Virus record (IMG/VR): IMGVR_UViG_3300028960_000080
Location: 1-41,900 of that record
Direction: 5' to 3' (one strand)
DNA length: 41,900 bases
From: a virus
Lineage: Duplodnaviria > Heunggongvirae > Uroviricota > Caudoviricetes
Shown: positions 36,013 through 41,900 of the stretch, one piece after another
Layout of the letters: every line of letters starts with the position of its first letter
How positions within the stretch are numbered: position 1 is the first letter of the stretch
The notes under the pieces: generated by a model
Told to the model about the DNA's origin: nothing
What the model saw: the letters and a program-made list of their open reading frames with translations, nothing else
Databases searched by the model: none
Position numbers and translations under genes: made by a program

Positions 36013-36587
36013 CAAACGATGATTACATCCGTCTGTTGTCGGCACTGTTGCCCCCTGGTCCGGCGTGGTCAGCCAGCGATCCGGCGATTGCCGGTGCGGC
36101 ACAGTCATTAACCCGTGCTCATCAGCGTGCGGATGCCCTGATGCGGGAGCTGGATCCGCGCACCACCACCGAACTGATAAACCGCTGGGAGCGTCTGTGC
36201 GGCCTGCCGGATGAATGTATTCCGGCAGGGACGCAGACCCTTCGCCAGCGTCAGCAACGGCTGGATGCGAAGGTTAACCTGGCGGGTGGCATCAATGAGG
36301 ATTTTTACCTTGCGCAGCTTGCTGCCCTGGGCAGACCAGATGCCACCATCACGCGATACGACAAAAGCACGTTCACCTGCTCATCGGCCTGTACTGACGC
36401 GGTGAATGCGCCGGAATGGCGGTATTACTGGCAGGTCAATATGCCAGCTGCCACCAACACCACCTGGATGACATGTGGCGATCCCTGTGATTCCGCACTG
36501 CGTATCTGGGGGGACACCGTTGTCGAGTGCGTGCTTAACAAACTCTGCCCGTCGCATACCTACGTAATTTTTAAATATCCGGAGTAA
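36003..36587 (+). CDS. Tail protein, YmfQ / Mu gp48-like (DUF2313-like)
   Basis: 194 aa; directly precedes the tail fibre gene as in e14/Mu-like modules. Confidence 0.7.
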   Translation: MDVTNDDYIRLLSALLPPGPAWSASDPAIAGAAQSLTRAHQRADALMRELDPRTTTELINRWERLCGLPDECIPAGTQTLRQRQQRLDAKVNLAGGINEDFYLAQLAALGRPDATITRYDKSTFTCSSACTDAVNAPEWRYYWQVNMPAATNTTWMTCGDPCDSALRIWGDTVVECVLNKLCPSHTYVIFKYPE

Positions 36588-36590
36588 TTC

Positions 36591-37523
36591 ATGCATCGTA
36601 TAGACACGAAAACCGCGCAGAAGGATAAGTTCGGCGCGGGTAAGAACGGTTTTACCCGTGGTAACCCCCAGACCGGCACGCCTGCCACCGATCTGGATGA
36701 TGACTACTTTGACATGTTGCAGGAGGAGCTTTGCAGCGTGGTGGAGGCATCCGGTGCCAGCCTGGAGAAGGGGCGGCATGACCAGTTGCTTACAGCGCTT
36801 CGTGAGCTGCTGTTAAGCCGCAAGAATCCGTTTGGCGATATCAAATCGGATGGCACGGTGAAAACGGCTCTCGAAAACCTTGGTTTGGGAGATGGCTCGG
36901 GGCGTTACAGCAAAACTGTCGTTTTTTCATCGTCGGGTTCATATACGTGGCCAGCTGACGTAAAACGAATTGACGTTATTCTGACTGCGGCGGGCGGCGG
37001 TGGCGGTGGATGTAACGCGGAGAACGCAAATCAGACATTTTCAGGGGCTGGCGGAGGAGCCGGAGGTACTGTTTTTGCCACTATTTATGCGACAGACAAC
37101 GATGCCGGGCCAGGGACCTATACAGTGACAATTGGTAGCGGTGGTAGTGGTGCCAATGGGCCAGGGTCTGGAAATAATGGCGGTCATAGTTCGTTCATGA
37201 CATTAACTGCGCTCGGCGGCCAGGGTGGGCAATGGGGCGGCGCTACAAATACCGCTGGCGGGCTCGGTGGTTCAGGCTCTGGCGGTTATAAAACTGAACA
37301 AGGCGGAGACGGTTCAGACGGACAGGCGGGCCAGGCGCTATTAGTAGGCAATGGGGCATCGAGCTATTGGGGTGGCGGCGGCCGCGCTGGGCAACTGAGC
37401 GGTAATTCTGGAGTTTGCTCTGGCTCCGGCGGCGGGGGTGCATACGATAATAGCTATTCACACACGTCAGGACGTGGCGGGCACGGAGCTAATGGCGTGC
37501 TGGTAATTCGGGAGTACATGTAA
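36591..37523 (+). CDS. Tail fibre protein with Gly-rich C-terminal region
   Basis: N-terminus [22 protein letters not shown] typical of side tail fibre N-termini; long Gly-rich repeats ([23 protein letters not shown]). Confidence 0.7.
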   Translation: MHRIDTKTAQKDKFGAGKNGFTRGNPQTGTPATDLDDDYFDMLQEELCSVVEASGASLEKGRHDQLLTALRELLLSRKNPFGDIKSDGTVKTALENLGLGDGSGRYSKTVVFSSSGSYTWPADVKRIDVILTAAGGGGGGCNAENANQTFSGAGGGAGGTVFATIYATDNDAGPGTYTVTIGSGGSGANGPGSGNNGGHSSFMTLTALGGQGGQWGGATNTAGGLGGSGSGGYKTEQGGDGSDGQAGQALLVGNGASSYWGGGGRAGQLSGNSGVCSGSGGGGAYDNSYSHTSGRGGHGANGVLVIREYM

Positions 37524-37928
37524 ATGAATGATGTTTATGCAGTTGTTGATAATAACGTTGTTATTAATGTCATTATCTGGGACGGAATTTCTGAATGGAA
37601 ACCAGAGGCTGGTAATTTAGTTCCGTTAAACGGCGATGCTGGCATCGGTTGGTCATATTCAGACGGAGTATTTACCGCGCCACCTCCCCCAGAACGCTCT
37701 CACAACGCGTTAGTTGCGGAGGCTGAGCTGCAGAAATCAGCACTACTGACCGTAGCAAATAACGCAATAGCACCGCTGCAGGATGCCGTTGATTTGGAAA
37801 TGGCGACAGACGATGAACAGACGTTACTGCTGGCGTGGAAAAAATACAGGGTACTGCTGAACCGTGTTGATACCTCAGCGGCACCCGAAATAGAGTGGCC
37901 TACGCAACCGGGGGAGCGGGCCAGTTGA
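37524..37928 (+). CDS. Tail fibre assembly protein (Tfa)
   Basis: N-terminus MNDVYA... and C-terminus ...[22 protein letters not shown] characteristic of Tfa chaperones. Confidence 0.8.
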   Translation: MNDVYAVVDNNVVINVIIWDGISEWKPEAGNLVPLNGDAGIGWSYSDGVFTAPPPPERSHNALVAEAELQKSALLTVANNAIAPLQDAVDLEMATDDEQTLLLAWKKYRVLLNRVDTSAAPEIEWPTQPGERAS

Positions 37929-38035
37929 TATCAGGCGCAGGGGCAGCATCAACTGCTGTCACTGCGTCGATGTAGTCGAGTACCGCATTCATCCGCCTTT
38001 TTTCATCATCAGTCAGTTTGCGTCCTACACCTCTC
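37898..38035 (-). pseudogene. Inverted remnant of an alternative tail-fibre-assembly gene C-terminus (relic of an invertible host-range segment)
   Basis: Minus-strand reading gives ...[32 protein letters not shown], paralleling the Tfa C-terminal motif (V.D..AP.I.WP..P); only about 45 codons and no invertase gene. Confidence 0.35.
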
Positions 38036-38226
38036 CGTTAACATCTTTGTTATATGGTACAACTGCGCAGAGGCCTGTCTCTCCAATTGTGCCAGTTGAA
38101 TACTACGATACAACGCTAGGTCTTCCTATTTGGTGGAACATAACCACATCCACATGGAAAAGAGCTGATGGTGCAGATGTATAATTCTGGTGCCGCGCAT
38201 GCGGCACCAATAAAAAACATATTAAA

Positions 38227-39702
38227 CTAAAGTGAATCTATTCCATTTTTCCAAATAAGAACTTTTTTGTCTTGTATTTTATGAGTGCTATCAGGCTGCC
38301 CAAACTGTTTTATGGCCTTTTCCTCTTGCTCTACATCATCAGCAATTAAAAAATTAGCTCCTTTTTGGTACCATTCTTTTTTTGATAACCAATTATATGG
38401 TGTGAATCTATCACCATACGACTCAAATGGAGCTACGTTGATATCACTAAATCCAGCAACAGATGATGCAAACCAAAATGATGCATAACCTCTTTGTAGT
38501 TTATTTTTTATTAAGAAATCTCTTAATTCTATTGTAATATCATTTTTATTAACAATGTTTTTTGTTGTTGCCATCGTTGGCAACGATAACGCAATAACGA
38601 TTAATGATATTAGTAAATTTGTCTTCACTGGTAAGGAGAAAGAATTTCTAGCAATCACAATTGACATGAAAATAAACGTTGGGACTATGTATCTAATTGA
38701 GAAAAGATTTGTTGGCCTGTCACTTGAAATATAGGCAATCAACATGACTAATGATGATACAATAAGAACCTGGTCAATAAAATCAATTTCTTTAAATTTA
38801 AGAATATTTTTATAAGATAAAAATAAGAATACGAAAATGAAAAACACCTTTATCATGGTGAATAATGAGTTAAAGCTACCTATCTCCATTCCAAACGCGT
38901 ACCCACCAAAAAATTTGAATACGCCCATGATAACAAGAGATATGTTGCTTGTTATTTGTTGAAACTCTACTATGTGAGGTTTGGTTATGCCTGGCAGGTT
39001 AAATCCACCAAGCTTAATGAATATAAATGATATGAGCTCAGCAATAAATATAGATGATATAGTGAAAACCAACAATAACAAATCATTAGTATTCAACGAA
39101 TCTCTTTTCATTAGAGAAGCATACATTCTATATATGCAAACAAAAACTATAGGTATTATAAAGGCATATTTAGATATATCATCACTAAAAACAAGCAACG
39201 ATAACATAAATACATATGGAAAAAGTAATTTTAAATCATTTTTCTTTCTGTATCTATCTATTATTAGTATGATCGCCAGCATGTAAATGTACGCACCAAT
39301 ATGTATACATGCTATAAGCATTATACTTGATGAGAAAACCGTTGGAATTCCAAATACAGAAAGAACAGGCCATAACGATGCCCTACTTTTAGTATGAGAG
39401 ATATATAGCGATAGTGTTACTAATATAGACATGAAAACTCCAGGCACAATATAGTACAGATTTTCATTAAATCCTATTATTTTTATCGCTATAGCATATG
39501 GTATTATTTCTGTGAAATAGAATGATACAGTTGATAAATCCCACCCACTGAGAAAAATATTTCCTTCAGTAATATCCCTTGCCTCTCTGAATGAAGACAT
39601 GACATCTGAGTTTGGAATTATGTTTTTAGCAATCATTGAGTAAATTATTGATAATACAATAAATGTTGCCAGCCAATATAAAAGCTCAAGCTTCTTGCTC
39701 AT
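38227..39702 (-). CDS. Serotype-specific O-antigen glucosyltransferase (GtrC-type polytopic membrane protein)
   Basis: 491-aa multi-pass membrane protein immediately downstream of gtrB; very AT-rich. Confidence 0.8.
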   Translation of the reverse strand: MSKKLELLYWLATFIVLSIIYSMIAKNIIPNSDVMSSFREARDITEGNIFLSGWDLSTVSFYFTEIIPYAIAIKIIGFNENLYYIVPGVFMSILVTLSLYISHTKSRASLWPVLSVFGIPTVFSSSIMLIACIHIGAYIYMLAIILIIDRYRKKNDLKLLFPYVFMLSLLVFSDDISKYAFIIPIVFVCIYRMYASLMKRDSLNTNDLLLLVFTISSIFIAELISFIFIKLGGFNLPGITKPHIVEFQQITSNISLVIMGVFKFFGGYAFGMEIGSFNSLFTMIKVFFIFVFLFLSYKNILKFKEIDFIDQVLIVSSLVMLIAYISSDRPTNLFSIRYIVPTFIFMSIVIARNSFSLPVKTNLLISLIVIALSLPTMATTKNIVNKNDITIELRDFLIKNKLQRGYASFWFASSVAGFSDINVAPFESYGDRFTPYNWLSKKEWYQKGANFLIADDVEQEEKAIKQFGQPDSTHKIQDKKVLIWKNGIDSL

Positions 39703-40616
39703 TTTTTACCCTTAAGTACATACTTTGGACGCTGCTTAACTTCAATGTAAATTCTACCAATATACTCACCGAGCACTCCAATCCCAATTAACTGGATGCC
39801 GCCAAGAAATAATATTGATACAAGAATTGAAGGGTATCCAGGTACATTATTACCAAAAATTAATTTATCAATTATCATCCATGAACCGTATGTAAATGAT
39901 ATACATGCAATAAATAACCCAATATAGGTCCACATGCGAAGCGGGAATGTTGAGAAGCTAGTGATCCCTTCCAGCGCCAAGTTCCATAGCTTCCATCCAT
40001 TGAACTTTGTGCTTCCTGCAACGCGTTCTGCTCGCGCATATTCTACGACATCGGTTCGACCACCAACCCAGCTCAGCACACCCTTCATAAACAGGTTTCG
40101 TTCTGGCATGAGCTTAATGTTTTCTACTACTTCGCGAGACATGAGCCGGAAGTCGCCAACATTCTCTTCTATCTGAGGGTTGCTGATTTTGTTATGAAGT
40201 TTATAGAACCACTCAGCAGATTTACGCTTCAGCCTGCTGTCAGTGGAGCGGTCAGAGCGTTTAGCCAGAACCATATCTGCACCGGCCTGCCATTTCTCTA
40301 TCAAGTGAGGAATAACTTCGATAGGGTCTTGCAGATCAACGTCAATCGGGATAATTGCCTCCCCGGTAGCATGGTCCAGACCTGCGAACAGGGCGGGTTC
40401 TTTGCCGAAGTTACGTGTGAACGACAGCGAAACCACAAGCGGGTCGGCAACAGCAAGCTCGTTGATAATTGATTCTGTAGCGTCTTTGCTGCCATCGTTT
40501 ATGAAGACTATCTCGACTTCATGCTGCTGAAGCCCTTCAAATTCGCGCACGGTTTTATAAAAAATAGGTATCGTGGCCTCTTCGTTAAAGACCGGAACGA
40601 CTAAAGAAATTTTCAT
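39699..40616 (-). CDS. gtrB: Bactoprenol glucosyltransferase GtrB
   Basis: GT2-family glycosyltransferase signatures ([22 protein letters not shown]) and two C-terminal transmembrane helices. Confidence 0.92.
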   Translation of the reverse strand: MKISLVVPVFNEEATIPIFYKTVREFEGLQQHEVEIVFINDGSKDATESIINELAVADPLVVSLSFTRNFGKEPALFAGLDHATGEAIIPIDVDLQDPIEVIPHLIEKWQAGADMVLAKRSDRSTDSRLKRKSAEWFYKLHNKISNPQIEENVGDFRLMSREVVENIKLMPERNLFMKGVLSWVGGRTDVVEYARAERVAGSTKFNGWKLWNLALEGITSFSTFPLRMWTYIGLFIACISFTYGSWMIIDKLIFGNNVPGYPSILVSILFLGGIQLIGIGVLGEYIGRIYIEVKQRPKYVLKGKK

Positions 40617-40975
40617 TTCGCATCCCTAAAGACAATGTATTTTGAATAAATGAACCCGCATATCAGGCTGATGGCGGAGAAGGTGACAAGAGTTATCATC
40701 GGGGGAAGTGCGCATCTATCAGCAGCCCATCCAACAGTAGCACTGAGTGTTCCCATGAACCCGACATATAACATGTAGCGCATCGTTGTAGTTGATGATT
40801 TGAATGTGAATTTTGCATTCGCGAAGAAGCTAAAACTCACAGCCACAACGAAACCTGCGAAGTTTGCCAGAGCCTGATTGGTATGCGCGGCATAGATACA
40901 TACACTAAAAACCACCCAGTGTATAAGTGTGTTCAGCACACCAATCGAGGTGTACCTTGCAAATATATTTAACAT
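40613..40975 (-). CDS. gtrA: GtrA flippase-like small membrane protein
   Basis: 120-aa four-helix membrane protein upstream of gtrB; the three genes overlap by 4 nt each. Confidence 0.85.
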   Translation of the reverse strand: MLNIFARYTSIGVLNTLIHWVVFSVCIYAAHTNQALANFAGFVVAVSFSFFANAKFTFKSSTTTMRYMLYVGFMGTLSATVGWAADRCALPPMITLVTFSAISLICGFIYSKYIVFRDAK

Positions 40976-41318
40976 TTATTTAATCAATGAGTTCTGAAAG
41001 GTATGAAGTCTATCATCCAAGTCTCAATCGATCGATACTTGCGGTAGTTGATGAGGAAAACTCTGGTACACAAAGCTTTGCACTGGACTGCAAGGTGTTG
41101 TGCTTCTCTGGAGTGCGATATGTTTGATGACAAAAAATTAGCGCAAGAGGACAAAAAATCACCTTGCGCTAATGCTCTGTTACAGGTCACTAATACTATC
41201 TAAGTAGTTGATTCATAGTGACTGGATATGTTGTGTTTTGCAGTATTATACAGTCTATTTTTTAAGCCAAATGTATTGTAATGGATTGATATTAATGATT
41301 TTTGCTGTTTCTGGTTCA

Positions 41319-41333
41319 GCTTTTTTATACTAA
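41319..41333. other. attR: attR core (GCTTTTTTATACTAA) preceded by a diverged lambda-like P arm
   Basis: Exact direct repeat of the attL core; followed by CTTGAGCGAAACGGGAAGG, which matches what I recall of the bio-side attB flank. Confidence 0.9.
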
Positions 41334-41423
41334 CTTGAGCGAAACGGGAAGGTAAAAAGACAAAAAGTTGTTTTTAATACCTTTAAGTGATACCAGATGG
41401 CATAGCGCCATCTGGCAGAGTGA

Positions 41424-41900
41424 TTAACTAAACATCGCAGTAATCGAGGCGCTTGCCAGAGAATGGAAATGGACGTTAAACCCGACCATCGCGCCGCTGG
41501 CACCTTCATCGACATCAATACGTTCTACATCCAGCGCGTGAACGGTAAAAATGTAGCGATGGGTTTCGCCTTTCGGCGGCGCTGCACCATCGTACCCGGT
41601 TTTACCAAAGTCGGTACGCGTCTGCAAAACGCCGTCTGGCATTGCTACCAGACCAGAGCCAAACCCTTGCGGTAATACGCGGGTATCAGCGGGTAAATTA
41701 ACAACTACCCAGTGCCACCAGCCGGAGCCGGTTGGCGCATCCGGGTCGTAGCAGGTGACAACAAAACTTTTCGTTCCCGCAGGAACATCATCCCACGCCA
41801 GATGCGGTGAAACATTATCGCCATCGTAACCCATGCCGTTAAAGACATGACGATGTGGCAACTTATCGCCATCGCGCAGATCATTACTGATGAGTTTCAT
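41424..41900 (-). CDS. ybhB: Host PEBP-family protein YbhB (complete, 158 aa)
   Basis: Full ORF; recognised as the gene flanking attB-lambda on the bio side; start codon at the window edge. Confidence 0.85.
   Translation of the reverse strand: MKLISNDLRDGDKLPHRHVFNGMGYDGDNVSPHLAWDDVPAGTKSFVVTCYDPDAPTGSGWWHWVVVNLPADTRVLPQGFGSGLVAMPDGVLQTRTDFGKTGYDGAAPPKGETHRYIFTVHALDVERIDVDEGASGAMVGFNVHFHSLASASITAMFS

Larger units (their letters stand above)
1331..41333. mobile_element. Integrated lambdoid prophage (attL to attR), lambda-type integration module with HK97-type head and Mu-type contractile tail
   Basis: Direct 15-bp core repeats at both ends; int/xis next to the left core; complete set of regulatory, replication, lysis, packaging, head and tail genes between the repeats; host genes ybhC and ybhB outside. 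Confidence 0.9.

Noticed and set aside
38181-38200. GC palindrome GGTGCCGCGCATGCGGCACC as an intrinsic terminator
   Set aside because: The adjacent homopolymer is on the wrong side of the hairpin for either strand (A-run after it on plus, U-run before it on minus); it may be a recombination relic or protein-binding site.
41330-41518. 62-aa minus-strand ORF spanning the attR flank and ybhB upstream region
   Set aside because: It crosses the att core and host intergenic sequence and overlaps the ybhB 5' end; most likely a chance ORF.

Overview
The window is one complete ~40-kb lambdoid prophage integrated at the lambda attB site, flanked by host genes ybhC (1..1284, -) and ybhB (41424..41900, -). 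It is bounded by direct 15-bp GCTTTTTTATACTAA cores (1331..1345 and 41319..41333). Gene order is prophage-typical: int-xis, a leftward early operon, a cI/cro immunity switch, a replication/nin-like block (O-like initiator with iterons, Dam-like MTase, RusA, Q), lysis genes, an HK97-type head module, a Mu-type contractile tail with a programmed -1 frameshift, and a gtrABC O-antigen glucosylation operon at the right end. The stand-out feature is an AT-rich two-gene cassette on the opposite strand between Q and the lysis genes (13546..16380): an ABC-ATPase/TOPRIM (OLD-like) nuclease candidate separated by 3 nt from a Dcm-like C5-cytosine methyltransferase, with its own promoter. This looks like an uncharacterised modification-linked defence or exclusion module. 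Other points worth a second look are a GC-rich structured non-coding region in the early-left operon, small genes next to cI, a lipoprotein moron inside the tail module, and a degenerate inverted tail-fibre-assembly remnant. All calls are from reading the sequence and ORF translations; no database search or folding was run, and GC content was judged by eye.
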